64,000 nt of DNA, taken from positions 32,001 through 96,000 of IMG/VR virus record IMGVR_UViG_3300021400_000130, one strand, 5' to 3'. Made by a program: the position numbers and the translations under genes. The stretch is from a virus. Taxonomy: Duplodnaviria; Caudoviricetes. The notes below the pieces were generated by a model. That model was not told the DNA's origin and did not search any database. It saw only the letters and a list, made by a program, of their open reading frames with translations. Below, piece by piece: positions 45,167-56,377 of this stretch. Each line of letters begins with the position of its first letter. Position 1 is the stretch's first letter.

Positions 45167-47863
45167 ATGATATATACTTCAGTTTATTCGGGTGACGGTG
45201 GAAGTGGTCGTTCAGGAGCTAGTGCTGTTACTACAACAAATCAAACAGTAGAGCAGAAAATATGGTCATTCTTTAAGGGTAAAGGATATACAGCAGCTGG
45301 CGTAGCTGGCGTGATGGGAAACTTTCAAGCAGAAAGTGGACTTAACCCTCAGAATGTTCAAGACGGTTTCGGCTGGTCAGATAGTGACTACACAAAAAAG
45401 GTAGACAATGGGTCATATTCAAAAGATCGGTTTATGAACGACCAGATGGGCTACGGACTAGCTCAATGGACTTGGTGGTCATTAAAACGCGATCTTTATG
45501 ACTTTGCAAAACATCGTGGCACTTCAATTGGCGATCTAGATACGCAACTTAATTTTGCATATAATACTATTAAAACAACTGGGTCGCTTGAAAGTATCTT
45601 AAAATCAACAAATGATGTTGGTGCGGCTTCTGATGCTGTTCTAACTCAATATGAAAAACCTGCTGTATACAACTACGATACTAGAAGGAATTTTTCTTAT
45701 AACTTTTACAATAAGTATAGTGGGTATACTGCTTCATATAGTGCCGCGGGCACTACTCCCGTGTATTCACAGCCAACAGCTACAGATAAAGCTATAGAAT
45801 GGGCTCTTGCTCAATGCGATAAAGGATACACCTATAGTATGCAGAATCGTTGGGGTCCAACTTCTTATGACTGTTCTGCTTTTATCATTACAGCGTGGAA
45901 GAAAGCAGGAGTTAGTACAGGAGCTTCATATACTGGAGACATGGCTCGGTACTTTACTAAACATGACTTTAAGAATGTTCCTAACCTTGTTAATATCATA
46001 ACAGGAGAAGGGTTAAGGGCAGGAGATGTACTTGTTTGGAATGCTCCTGGAACTTCTGGTGCTGGGGCAGACGGTCATACCTGTATGTATATTGGAGAGG
46101 GAAGAATTGTTGAGTGTACTCCTCTCGGTATAAAAACAAGAGATTATTATAGCACAAATGTACACGGAATGGCTGTTCATTGGCAGGACGTATTAAGATA
46201 TAAAGATCCCGCTACAGGCTATTCTTCTGGTGAAGAAGATACGAGTACAGAGTCCGCAGTTAAAGATGCTTTCTTGACAGGACTTTCTAACATAGGTAAT
46301 TCAATTTCTGGTGCAATAAATAATTGGAAAAACATTATTCCAAATATACTTACTCAGCAACAGTTCAACAACGATACTAATATGAATCGTCAATATGGTT
46401 CTTATGCGGAGTATGTTGCAGCTCAAAGAAAACTGAGAAGTGCCGGAGCGGTTGAAGAATCAGAAACGATAAGAAGAGTTACTATTGCAGAAACTCCTAC
46501 AAATATTTCTACACAAAGAACAACAGGCTTATTAAGTGCTGGAACATTTGTTGAGAGCCCATTTATCATTGTTAAGATCGGTGATTATACATTTGGTACA
46601 TATGGTTATAGAAAAACTGGAAATAGCGTTAGAGTAACTTATCCTAACTATATGGACAGTATAAATATAATAAAGATAAATGGAACTGTAAATCAGTACA
46701 CAATTAACATGACTTATCAAATCGAACAAGGACAAGATCCAAATCTACTTGATAAGATATTTAGTAGTGTTGGATATGGAACTATAAAGATAAGTTATGG
46801 TGATTATAGTTCTCCTTCCTTTATCTTTAGAGAAGAAGAAGCAATTATAACAAACTTAAATTCTTCAATAGATTTTTCAAACTCAAGAATTACTTACATA
46901 ATTTCATGTACTAGTAATGCTTTACAGTTAGCAGCAAGGTCATATAATTTTCCTGGTACAGTATGCAAGCCAAGTGACAAGATAATAGAAATATTGTTTT
47001 CTGAAAAGTATGGGCTAAGAGAACTGTTTACTGGGATGAAAAATAAAACAATTGCTAGAAGGCTGATTGCAGGAGACGATTGTCAGACTAAATTAGAGCC
47101 TAAAGAAGGAATGAGTCCTTTAAATTATCTTAACTATTTAGTTTCAGAGATGTCTTCTGCAGGAGAACAAGAAACTAGTATCGGTAAATCAACATATCAT
47201 CTAACAATTGTTGACGATATAACAAATGAATATAATGGACCATATTTCAAAGTTGTTAAAGTTACAGCTGATTGTACTGCGGAATCATTAAGTGGTTCTG
47301 ATGTGTATGAAGTTGATGTTGGATACTCAGGTTATGTAGGAGATACTCCTAGTAATTATGTTTTGGGGTTCCAAGTTGAAAACAATAACTCATGGGCTCT
47401 TTTGTATAAATATTCACAAGAAGTACCAACGGAAGATTATGTGTATAACATTGATAACAATGGTAATGTTACAACACAGTATTCTCCAAACGCTATGACT
47501 TCAAGTGTTCATCACAAGACGACACAAGCACAGAAGACTTGGTGGACTCAGATGACACAATTCCCTATTACAGCAAAATTAACTTTGAAAGGTTTATTAA
47601 GACCTGCAATGTTAATGAGCTATGTTAGAGTTAACGCTTTATTTTATGGTCAACGTCATATTTCTAGCGGATTGTATATAATAACAAAACAGCAGGATGT
47701 TGTTGATAGAAATGGTTATAGAACTACTCTTTCCTTAACAAGAGTTACTGGTGACAATAATCTAGTCTTTACAACTACAGAAGTAAAACCAGCTGTTGGA
47801 GGAAGTACTACACACTATTCAAGTAGTGGTAGAGAACATGGGGGCTCTAGTGGGAGCTTCTAA
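45167..47863 (+). CDS. Baseplate hub with tail-associated lysin domains (lysozyme + NlpC/P60)
   Basis: AGVAGVMGNFQAESGL, GYGLAQWT, YEKPA; YSM..RWGP.SYDCS.F, GDVL, GHT; C-terminal hub-like region (LTLKG...SGLYIITK..D......Y.TTL.L.R). Confidence 0.8.
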   Translation: MIYTSVYSGDGGSGRSGASAVTTTNQTVEQKIWSFFKGKGYTAAGVAGVMGNFQAESGLNPQNVQDGFGWSDSDYTKKVDNGSYSKDRFMNDQMGYGLAQWTWWSLKRDLYDFAKHRGTSIGDLDTQLNFAYNTIKTTGSLESILKSTNDVGAASDAVLTQYEKPAVYNYDTRRNFSYNFYNKYSGYTASYSAAGTTPVYSQPTATDKAIEWALAQCDKGYTYSMQNRWGPTSYDCSAFIITAWKKAGVSTGASYTGDMARYFTKHDFKNVPNLVNIITGEGLRAGDVLVWNAPGTSGAGADGHTCMYIGEGRIVECTPLGIKTRDYYSTNVHGMAVHWQDVLRYKDPATGYSSGEEDTSTESAVKDAFLTGLSNIGNSISGAINNWKNIIPNILTQQQFNNDTNMNRQYGSYAEYVAAQRKLRSAGAVEESETIRRVTIAETPTNISTQRTTGLLSAGTFVESPFIIVKIGDYTFGTYGYRKTGNSVRVTYPNYMDSINIIKINGTVNQYTINMTYQIEQGQDPNLLDKIFSSVGYGTIKISYGDYSSPSFIFREEEAIITNLNSSIDFSNSRITYIISCTSNALQLAARSYNFPGTVCKPSDKIIEILFSEKYGLRELFTGMKNKTIARRLIAGDDCQTKLEPKEGMSPLNYLNYLVSEMSSAGEQETSIGKSTYHLTIVDDITNEYNGPYFKVVKVTADCTAESLSGSDVYEVDVGYSGYVGDTPSNYVLGFQVENNNSWALLYKYSQEVPTEDYVYNIDNNGNVTTQYSPNAMTSSVHHKTTQAQKTWWTQMTQFPITAKLTLKGLLRPAMLMSYVRVNALFYGQRHISSGLYIITKQQDVVDRNGYRTTLSLTRVTGDNNLVFTTTEVKPAVGGSTTHYSSSGREHGGSSGSF

Positions 47864-47878
47864 TAGGAGAGTTAACAT

Positions 47879-48124
47879 ATGAAACCAAAAATAATTAACA
47901 CTCAGTATCTTACAGCGATTCAACAACGGAAAGATAAAGTAATAGATTATGTTTACTGTCCTGCATTTACTAATTATTATTTTGATTCTAACTTAACAAG
48001 ATTTGCTGGTCAGTTAAGTTCCGATACACAATGCCAACAAATAAATAATGAATACGGAAAAGTTAAAACTGGAACAGGAACATTCTTTGTTAACAGTAAC
48101 ACTATAAAGGTAAGAACTTTCTAA
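47879..48124 (+). CDS. Small hypothetical baseplate-region protein
   Basis: AGGAG RBS; 81 aa. Confidence 0.55.
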   Translation: MKPKIINTQYLTAIQQRKDKVIDYVYCPAFTNYYFDSNLTRFAGQLSSDTQCQQINNEYGKVKTGTGTFFVNSNTIKVRTF

Positions 48125-48139
48125 AGGAGATACTATCTC

Positions 48140-51100
48140 ATGCTTCAAAAGGCAATTATTGAACAGAAAATAGATAAATATTCAATGAAGGTCAGGATAC
48201 CTGTATATAACAAGATAAAATCTGATCCTACAGCAACTCCTACCGATGAATTATATACAGCTATTATTCAAACACTTCCTGGTTGCAGTCCTGTTTATCA
48301 AGAGGGAGATTTAGTATTAGTTGAATTTGAAAATGATAATATTTCTCTTCCCGTAATTATTGGACTACTTTTTAGACAGAACATGCCAGAAAGTTCTACC
48401 GATATAAATGCAGATTCTTTGAAAGTAAATGTAAATACAAATCTTACAGAAAATACTTTGATTGGATCTGTTACTCCCGAGGCCATCAAAAAGTTAAATG
48501 ATAAGTATACAAACAATGTTAAGAGAGTAGTTGTTGAGTACTCTCTTTCTAACTATGAAGATCATTATGACCAGTTTAGTCAATGGTCTGAACAGGCTCC
48601 ACAGTTCTGGCCTGGAAAGTTTATGTGGCAGAGAACAACTGTTACTTATGAAAATGATCTTACAACAAGAAGTATGACTTGCATACAGGGAGCAAAGGGT
48701 GACCCTGGATCCGGTATAACAATTACTGATACTTATGTTAAGTATGCAATCAACAATAGTGGAACAACACATCCTAGTACTTCTGCACAGAATGTGTGGT
48801 ATACCAATCCTCCTCAAACAACAGATGTTAATCCATATCTGTGGTCATGGACATATGTCTTGTATTCGGATGGAACTTCAACAAACACTTTTAATGTAGC
48901 AAGAACTAGCGCCAATTCAATAATTGTTTATCTTTATAAGAGATCCGCTTCCGACATAACGCATATTGATTGGTCTCAAACACTAACATACGATTTTGAC
49001 ACTAAACAGTTTGTTGCTTTACCAACAGGATGGTCTTCTGATATTCCAGCTGGAAATGATCCGATTTACATGACAGCTGCAACTGTTAGCTCTGTTGAAT
49101 CACAAGGTGACATTACATCTTCTTCTTGGTCTACACCAATTCTATTTACAAAAAGTGGTTTCAATTCAAAAACCATTCAGCTATATAAGAGGTCGGCTAC
49201 AACTCCTTCCGCACCAACTACTTCTGTAGTTTACACATTTTCAACAGGAGGACTTTCTCCTGCATCTCCCGACGGTTGGTCACTCGGTATTCCTACTGCT
49301 GATGGAAATCCTTGTTATGTAGTGCAGGCAACAGCTATTAGTTATGAAGGCACTGACACTATTACTAGTGGTGAGTGGTCAACTCCTACAGTTATTGTTC
49401 AGGACGGAAACTCTGATTATATTGACCAGCCTGTTGTTGATTGGTATAAAGCAACAACTAATACAACAACTCCTACAACTCCTACAACTGATATTGAAAT
49501 TGCAAGTGAGTGGACAACACTTGGTTGGACAAATGATATATCTTCAATAACTTTATCAGAAACTAATAAGTATCTTTGGAATGCAGAAGTTACACACTAT
49601 AGCATTAGTGGATATGTGAAAACAAATGCTCACATTATAACAATATATGCTGAGTCAGGAGCTGGAATATTATCCTCTACAATATACTATTTTGTAGATA
49701 CTCAAGGATCTACTCCTCCGTCAGATTCTGCTGCATGGTCTACTACATTCCCAAGCTCAATACAACAAGGTCAGTACTTGTGGACAAAAACAGTTACACA
49801 GTATACTGATACTACTATTCCTGATTCTGTTGCTTATAGTGTTAGCAGAGATGGAGAAACTGGCAGTGATGGTAAAGGAATTACTAGTATTGTTCAATAC
49901 TATGCAATAAATAATTCTGATACAAACCCGCCTGCTCCTGGATCTTCGGATTGGGAAACTACTCCTATGAATCCAACTAGCGAAAAACGGTATCTATGGA
50001 GTTACCAAAGAATTAGTTATACTACTGGAAATCCAACTATTACAACACCACATGTTATAAGTATGTATGTAGAAGATGGAGCAGCAGGATCAAATGCCGC
50101 AACAGTATTTCTGTACCAAAGAGCAGAAACTTCTTCTTCTCTAAATAAACCTGCAACAGATCTTACATATACATTCTCAACAGGTTTACTTTCTGGTAAT
50201 CTTAATGGATGGTCTCAAACAATACCTGCTACCGATGGAAACCCTTGTTTTGTAATACAAGCTACCGCTATTAGTACAGGAACAACTGACATAATTCAAT
50301 CCTCGGAGTGGAGTAGTATAGTAAAACTTATTGAAGATGGTCAGAACGGAACAGGTATTACTTCTTCAGCAGTTTCTTATGCAATATCTTCTAGTGGAAG
50401 TACTGTTCCAGAATCTGGATGGTCTCCAACATTTCCTTCAAATATTCAACAAGGAGATTATCTCTGGACTAGAACCATCACTGATTATTCAGATGGAACA
50501 TCTTCTACCTCATACTCAGTAAGTAGAGACGGTACAAACGGAACTAATGGAACCAATGGATTAAATAACGCTGTTGTATATCTGTATAAGCGTTCAGATT
50601 CTGTAGCATTAGTAGACTGGACAACAACACTTACTTATAATTTTTCTAATAAGGCTCTTAATTCTGTTCCTACAGGTTGGAGTGAGTCTGTCCCGTCTGG
50701 TACGTATCCTATATATGTTACAGCGGCTACCGCATCATCTAGAACTAATACTGATACAATACCTTACACAGAGTGGTCAGGTCCTGTTATTCTTGCTGAG
50801 AATGGTAATAACGGAACTGACGGTCTTAATACTGCAACAGTATTCTTGTATCAAAGGGCAGCCAATGCAAGTAGTTTGAATAAACCTTCTTCCAACCTTA
50901 CTTATACATTCAGTACTGGAGTACTTTCCGGGACACTTGGTAATTGGTCTCAAACATTTCCTCCTGTAAGCGGAAATCCGTGTTTTGTTATTCAGGCGAC
51001 TGCTATTAGCAATACAAGTACTGATATTATTGAAGCTTCTGAATGGAGCGATATAACAAAGATTGTTGAAGATGGTGAAGACGGAGTTGGAATTACTTCA

Positions 51101-54100
51101 TCCTCTGTTATGTATGCTACTTCTAGCAACGGCTCAACAGCTCCAGAAACAGGTTGGCAGCCTACTGTACCAACAGTGTCACAAGGAGAATATCTGTGGA
51201 CTAGAACAATAACAACATATTCAGATAGTACTTCTTCAACATCTTATTCTGTTAGCCGTAATGCTATTAACGGAACTAACGGAACAAATGGTCTAAATAA
51301 TGCCATTGTTTATCTATATAAAAGAAGTAGTAGTGCCGCAACAATTGACTGGACTAATACTTTAACATACAACTTTAGTAATAAATCTTTAACTTCTACA
51401 CCTACTGGGTGGAGTCAGACAGTTCCTACAGGGACAGCTCCTGTATACATAACAGCAGCTACTGCATCTTCAAATACAAATACAGACACTATTGCATATA
51501 CTGAATGGTCTACACCAGTAGTATTTGCTCAGAACGGTACAAATGGTACGGACGGTATGAATACAGCTACTGTATTCTTGTATAAGCGTGCAGAAAGTTC
51601 TTCAAGTCTTTCAAAGCCTTCAAGTAATTTGACATATACTTTCTCAACAGGTATACTATCAGGAACATTAGGCGGCTGGTCTCAAAAGATTCCCGCAACT
51701 GATGGTAATCCTTGTTTCGTCATTCAGGCTACTGCAGTAGGAACCGGAACAACAGATACAATATCTCCTTCCGAATGGAGTAATATAGTAGAGTTAGTTT
51801 CAGATGGTCAGGATGGAACAAATGGTGTCAGTATTACAGGAGTAACTGAATACTTCGCTACCAATAATTCTGATACAACTGCTCCTACTTCTGGTTGGAG
51901 TACAAGTTTCACAGCACCAACTGCGTCTGAAAAATATGTTTGGAATTATGAGAGAATAACATACTCTTCCGGTAATCCTACAGATACAACTCCGGCGATT
52001 ATTGGTATGTATTCAGCAGACGGTAACGATGGTCGTAGCATTACCGGTGTAGTGAATTACTATTTAGCTACAAATGCTGATAGTGGAGTTACAACATCAA
52101 CACCAGGATGGACTACAACAGTTCAGTCTGTTTCTTCTAGTAAAAAGTATTTATGGAATTATGAAGTTGTTAACTATGATTCTGGAAATCCTACAACAAC
52201 TACGCCTTGTATAGTTGGTGCATATGGAGATACAGGAGCAGCTGGAACAGATGGCCTTAACAACGCAGTTATATATCTATATAAGAGATCTTCCTCTGCA
52301 GCCACTGTAGATTGGACAAACACCTTAACATATACATTTGCAACACATACATTAGATACTATTCCTACAGGATGGAATCCTTCAATACCTAGTGGAACAG
52401 CTCCTCTGTACGTAACAGCTGCTACTGCTAGTTCAAATACAGGCACGGATACAATTGCTTATACAGAATGGGCAACACCCGTCATTCTTGCAGAAAACGG
52501 AGCTACTGGTAGTAACGGTGCAAATTCTGCTACAGTATTTCTCTATCAAAGAGCTAGTAGTTCATCTTCAATTAGTAAACCTTCTGGAGCATTAACATAT
52601 ACTTTTGCTACAGGAACACTTTCAGGAACATTAGGAAACTGGACTCAAACAATTCCTACAAGTGACGGTAATCCTTGCTTTGTTATACAAGCAACAGCTG
52701 TAAGTTCTACGGCTACAGATACGATACAAGCATCTGAGTGGAGCAATATTGTTGAGCTTGTTTCCGACGGAACAGATGGATCTCCTGGTACGAATGGACT
52801 AAACAACGCTATTGTATATCTTTATAAAAGATCTTCAACAGCAGCAACAATTGATTGGACTTCTACATTAACATATGATTTTACAAATAAGTCCTTAACT
52901 TCAACACCAGCAGGATGGTCGGAAACAATTCCTTCTGGAAGCAATCCGATATATGTTACTGCTGCATCCGCATCGTCAAATACAAATACTGATACGATCT
53001 TATACACTGAATGGTCTCAGCCTGTAGTACTTGCACAGAATGGTGCAAATGGTCGTAGTATTACAAATGTAACTAACTACTATTTAGCTACAGATCAAGA
53101 TTCAGGTGTTACAAGATCTACTACCGGTTGGACAACAACAATTCAAAATGTTACAAGTACAAATAAGTATCTTTGGAACTATGAAGAAATAACATATAGT
53201 TCTGGAAATCCAACTTATACTGACCCATGTATTATCGGGGCTTATGGTGATAATGGTCAAACCGGTGTAGGTATTTCAAGCATATTAGAATATTATGCTT
53301 TAAGTACAACTACAACAAGACCTACAAGTGGATGGTCGACAGAACTTCCTTCTATGGATTCTGTTAATAGATATTTGTGGAATTATTCAGTTATTACATA
53401 TACAGATGGATCAAGCTCTGGAACACAATCCGATGCTTTAATAATAGGTGTGTATGGAGAAAGTACTCTGTCTCTTGAGATACAATCCGATAATGGAACA
53501 CTGTTTAATTCTAAGACATTATCTACAACACTATCCGCTGTTGTATATTTAGGAGTAAGTCAACTTACTGTAAATAGTAATGGATCCGTTGTTAGTGGCT
53601 CAACTTCTATTGGTCAGATTAACTGGTTTGCTAAAGAAAGACTTATTGGAAACGGAGAAGCAACTACATATGATCTAGGTCTTGATATATATGATCACAC
53701 TGGAAGTCCAAACATTCAAGTAACAATAGATGATGTAGTTACTACTGCTTTTACAGTTGTTGATGAAAATACTATTTCGTTTAATACTGCTCCTGCTGCT
53801 CAAAGTGTTGTTATTATTCAGTACTTAACTTCGACCAGCGGAACATTAGTTATAAATAGAACAGATGTTAGAAATCAGTTGCTTATAACATGTAAATTGA
53901 TTTCTGGAGCAGAAACACTTAGTATATCGGAAGTTACCATTAAAGATCTGAATGACGCAACTTCTTTACAGAGTTGGTATATGTTAACTGTTCCTGATGC
54001 TCAGTTTATATCTTTACCAACAGTTATATATAATTCTTCTGATTATACAGTTACACCGACAGGATCTTATTCATATCAGACATTAGATCCTGATACTCAT

Positions 54101-54703
54101 ACATATACCGAGCACACTGCAACATTTACTTGGGATAGTGTTGCTCCTTCAGTTGATACACAGACTGCATCAAACATTACTTGTGTCTGCTATTCATTCC
54201 AAATGATTATTTTCTACGACAACAGTTGTTCAGCTGGTACAGTAGAACGTAATGCAACATTTGATTCTGCAGTAAGTGCTTATCATCAAGCACAGAGCGC
54301 AAGTAATGCAGCTAACCAAGCTCAATCTACTGCTAATGAGGCAGCAGATGGAGTTCAGTCCAACTCTAATAAAATAACAGGAATACAATCAACATTAACT
54401 GCCATTGACGGAACACTAGCATCAAAACTAGACACAGTAGTGTTCCAGCCTTATCAAGAAAACATTGATTCCTTCATACAGTTTGATATACCTCAGAGTA
54501 CAATGACTCTAGGTAGAGGTAACTTCAAACAGCAGTTGTCCGCAACTAAGAATAGCTTTATGGAAGGCTCAACAGAAGTTGCTTATATTTCTAACCAGGA
54601 ATTGTATATAAATAATACGACAGTTAATAATCAATTATCACTAGATCAAGAATGGGTAATAACCTTTGACAGTACAAACGGATTAATAATTAAACACTTC
54701 TAA
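48140..54703 (+). CDS. Central spike/fibre: gp5-like OB-fold N-terminus plus ~21 tandem repeat domains
   Basis: KVRIP...PG......GDLVLVEF......PVIIGLL; 11 W..Y(L/V)W-type repeats and 10 LY(K/Q)R-type repeats with G-X-Y linkers; C-terminal SF.EG..EVAYISN..LYI. Confidence 0.75.
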   Translation: MLQKAIIEQKIDKYSMKVRIPVYNKIKSDPTATPTDELYTAIIQTLPGCSPVYQEGDLVLVEFENDNISLPVIIGLLFRQNMPESSTDINADSLKVNVNTNLTENTLIGSVTPEAIKKLNDKYTNNVKRVVVEYSLSNYEDHYDQFSQWSEQAPQFWPGKFMWQRTTVTYENDLTTRSMTCIQGAKGDPGSGITITDTYVKYAINNSGTTHPSTSAQNVWYTNPPQTTDVNPYLWSWTYVLYSDGTSTNTFNVARTSANSIIVYLYKRSASDITHIDWSQTLTYDFDTKQFVALPTGWSSDIPAGNDPIYMTAATVSSVESQGDITSSSWSTPILFTKSGFNSKTIQLYKRSATTPSAPTTSVVYTFSTGGLSPASPDGWSLGIPTADGNPCYVVQATAISYEGTDTITSGEWSTPTVIVQDGNSDYIDQPVVDWYKATTNTTTPTTPTTDIEIASEWTTLGWTNDISSITLSETNKYLWNAEVTHYSISGYVKTNAHIITIYAESGAGILSSTIYYFVDTQGSTPPSDSAAWSTTFPSSIQQGQYLWTKTVTQYTDTTIPDSVAYSVSRDGETGSDGKGITSIVQYYAINNSDTNPPAPGSSDWETTPMNPTSEKRYLWSYQRISYTTGNPTITTPHVISMYVEDGAAGSNAATVFLYQRAETSSSLNKPATDLTYTFSTGLLSGNLNGWSQTIPATDGNPCFVIQATAISTGTTDIIQSSEWSSIVKLIEDGQNGTGITSSAVSYAISSSGSTVPESGWSPTFPSNIQQGDYLWTRTITDYSDGTSSTSYSVSRDGTNGTNGTNGLNNAVVYLYKRSDSVALVDWTTTLTYNFSNKALNSVPTGWSESVPSGTYPIYVTAATASSRTNTDTIPYTEWSGPVILAENGNNGTDGLNTATVFLYQRAANASSLNKPSSNLTYTFSTGVLSGTLGNWSQTFPPVSGNPCFVIQATAISNTSTDIIEASEWSDITKIVEDGEDGVGITSSSVMYATSSNGSTAPETGWQPTVPTVSQGEYLWTRTITTYSDSTSSTSYSVSRNAINGTNGTNGLNNAIVYLYKRSSSAATIDWTNTLTYNFSNKSLTSTPTGWSQTVPTGTAPVYITAATASSNTNTDTIAYTEWSTPVVFAQNGTNGTDGMNTATVFLYKRAESSSSLSKPSSNLTYTFSTGILSGTLGGWSQKIPATDGNPCFVIQATAVGTGTTDTISPSEWSNIVELVSDGQDGTNGVSITGVTEYFATNNSDTTAPTSGWSTSFTAPTASEKYVWNYERITYSSGNPTDTTPAIIGMYSADGNDGRSITGVVNYYLATNADSGVTTSTPGWTTTVQSVSSSKKYLWNYEVVNYDSGNPTTTTPCIVGAYGDTGAAGTDGLNNAVIYLYKRSSSAATVDWTNTLTYTFATHTLDTIPTGWNPSIPSGTAPLYVTAATASSNTGTDTIAYTEWATPVILAENGATGSNGANSATVFLYQRASSSSSISKPSGALTYTFATGTLSGTLGNWTQTIPTSDGNPCFVIQATAVSSTATDTIQASEWSNIVELVSDGTDGSPGTNGLNNAIVYLYKRSSTAATIDWTSTLTYDFTNKSLTSTPAGWSETIPSGSNPIYVTAASASSNTNTDTILYTEWSQPVVLAQNGANGRSITNVTNYYLATDQDSGVTRSTTGWTTTIQNVTSTNKYLWNYEEITYSSGNPTYTDPCIIGAYGDNGQTGVGISSILEYYALSTTTTRPTSGWSTELPSMDSVNRYLWNYSVITYTDGSSSGTQSDALIIGVYGESTLSLEIQSDNGTLFNSKTLSTTLSAVVYLGVSQLTVNSNGSVVSGSTSIGQINWFAKERLIGNGEATTYDLGLDIYDHTGSPNIQVTIDDVVTTAFTVVDENTISFNTAPAAQSVVIIQYLTSTSGTLVINRTDVRNQLLITCKLISGAETLSISEVTIKDLNDATSLQSWYMLTVPDAQFISLPTVIYNSSDYTVTPTGSYSYQTLDPDTHTYTEHTATFTWDSVAPSVDTQTASNITCVCYSFQMIIFYDNSCSAGTVERNATFDSAVSAYHQAQSASNAANQAQSTANEAADGVQSNSNKITGIQSTLTAIDGTLASKLDTVVFQPYQENIDSFIQFDIPQSTMTLGRGNFKQQLSATKNSFMEGSTEVAYISNQELYINNTTVNNQLSLDQEWVITFDSTNGLIIKHF

Positions 54704-54729
54704 TATAGATTTTATGAGGTATTGAGTTT

Positions 54730-56364
54730 ATGAGTAGCGTTTCAATGACATACTATAAATATAGAGCCGGAGGTAACAACTCTTGGAATACAGATGTTGC
54801 AAACCTTACAGGCCCATATGTTTATGGTTATACAACTGGTAGCGTACTGTACGGAACACTTTATCGTCTAAGTGTAACGGTTCCGTCAGGTTATACACTA
54901 ACTAGATTAGCTTTTAACATACCTCGTATGAGAGCACTGAGTAACAGCGGCTCTACTAATCTATATGCTGTTGTTTACGATCATGACCCATCTGACGAGT
55001 TTATAGGAGCAAGTGCCTCGTCTAACTATTCATGGCGAGGCTACGCCTCTGTTTCTGTAAGTAGTAATGGACCAGATAACACTAAAGTATATGTAAATAC
55101 AAGTATTCCTTCTACGGGTACTTATTATGTATTCTTCTCCGCAACAGACGGAGGGTCAATACAACCTTACTTCAATCTTACTTTACAATCTACTCAGCTG
55201 TCATGCTCTGCAACTGATACAAAAAATGCTACACCTGCAACAAATGTTACTGTGTCAAGTTCAATGGTAATGAACAGTTCAACATCAATATCTTGGACTC
55301 CATTTACATCTGGATATACATATAAATTAACTTACAAGTTTACAGGCCAATCTTCAGAAACAACGATTGTGTCTTCTACTTCAAGTTCTTCTTATTCATG
55401 GACTCCTCCAGTTAGTTTGGGAAATAATATTCCAAATAGTGATTCAGGAACCTTAACAATATATGTATATTCATATGAAGGTGGAAGTCAGATAGGAAGT
55501 AAATGTTCTGGTAGCTTCTCACTTACAATACCGTCTTCAGGAAGAAGTCCTATTTGTGCTTCTGGGTGGGCTTCAGCGTCATATACAGCTGTTGCTAATC
55601 ACTGTGTTGCTGGATATAGCTCAATAAATGTAACATTAGATAGTACAAAGGTCTCCGGAGCATATGGAGCAACAATCAGCTCAATTGTAGCAACATGTAA
55701 TTCTCAAAGTGTTACTACAAGTGGGTCTTTAGGAAAAGCTTTACAAGGAAACAATGTAGTTTCAGTTGTTGCAACAGACTCAAGAGGCTATACTACAACA
55801 TATAGTCAAACAATTGTAGGAGAAGCCTATTCTCCTCCTTCTTTTGACTCTCTTCTTCTTATAAGATGTAATAGCTCTGGAACAGAAGATCAGAGTGGAA
55901 CTTATTATGCAGTTACTCCAAGTGTAAACTATACAGCATATAGTGGAGATAATAGTTTAACTATTAAAACTAGATGGAAAGTTGTAGATGGTACTTATAG
56001 TTCTCCCGTAACTATTTCTAACAATGTTAAATCTTCTGCTCAAGGCGGAGGAAATATATCTACTTCATATTCATATCTTGTTGAAGTTTCTGCATACGAT
56101 ACTGTTATAACATCAAGTAATCCAACAGTATTAACACGAAGGTTAGCAAACTCTACCGTTGATGCTACACTTAATTTAAGACCTACAGGTCTTGGGGCAG
56201 CATTTTTCGGATTGTCAACTGCTGATAATGAATTACAAGTATATGGAAATGTTAAGATTACTAACTCGGGAAAACTTATATTAGACCCCAGTATGTACGG
56301 AACTGCTGATCCTTCAACAAGTGGAGCAGTTATTGGTCAGATATATTTAAAACTGATTGACTAA
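54730..56364 (+). CDS. Siphovirus DUF859-like tail fibre protein
   Basis: SYSWTPP..L...IPNS.SGT.TI, VVATDSRG, Y.PP......RCN..GT....GTY; C-terminal YGTADP...AVIGQIYLK. Confidence 0.65.
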   Translation: MSSVSMTYYKYRAGGNNSWNTDVANLTGPYVYGYTTGSVLYGTLYRLSVTVPSGYTLTRLAFNIPRMRALSNSGSTNLYAVVYDHDPSDEFIGASASSNYSWRGYASVSVSSNGPDNTKVYVNTSIPSTGTYYVFFSATDGGSIQPYFNLTLQSTQLSCSATDTKNATPATNVTVSSSMVMNSSTSISWTPFTSGYTYKLTYKFTGQSSETTIVSSTSSSSYSWTPPVSLGNNIPNSDSGTLTIYVYSYEGGSQIGSKCSGSFSLTIPSSGRSPICASGWASASYTAVANHCVAGYSSINVTLDSTKVSGAYGATISSIVATCNSQSVTTSGSLGKALQGNNVVSVVATDSRGYTTTYSQTIVGEAYSPPSFDSLLLIRCNSSGTEDQSGTYYAVTPSVNYTAYSGDNSLTIKTRWKVVDGTYSSPVTISNNVKSSAQGGGNISTSYSYLVEVSAYDTVITSSNPTVLTRRLANSTVDATLNLRPTGLGAAFFGLSTADNELQVYGNVKITNSGKLILDPSMYGTADPSTSGAVIGQIYLKLID

Positions 56365-56377
56365 TTGGTGATAAAAG

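Noticed and set aside
48500-53450. Regularly spaced repeats that might suggest a CRISPR array
   Set aside because: Repeats are degenerate at codon third positions and in frame within one ORF, so they are protein domain repeats; no identical repeat-spacer structure and no cas genes
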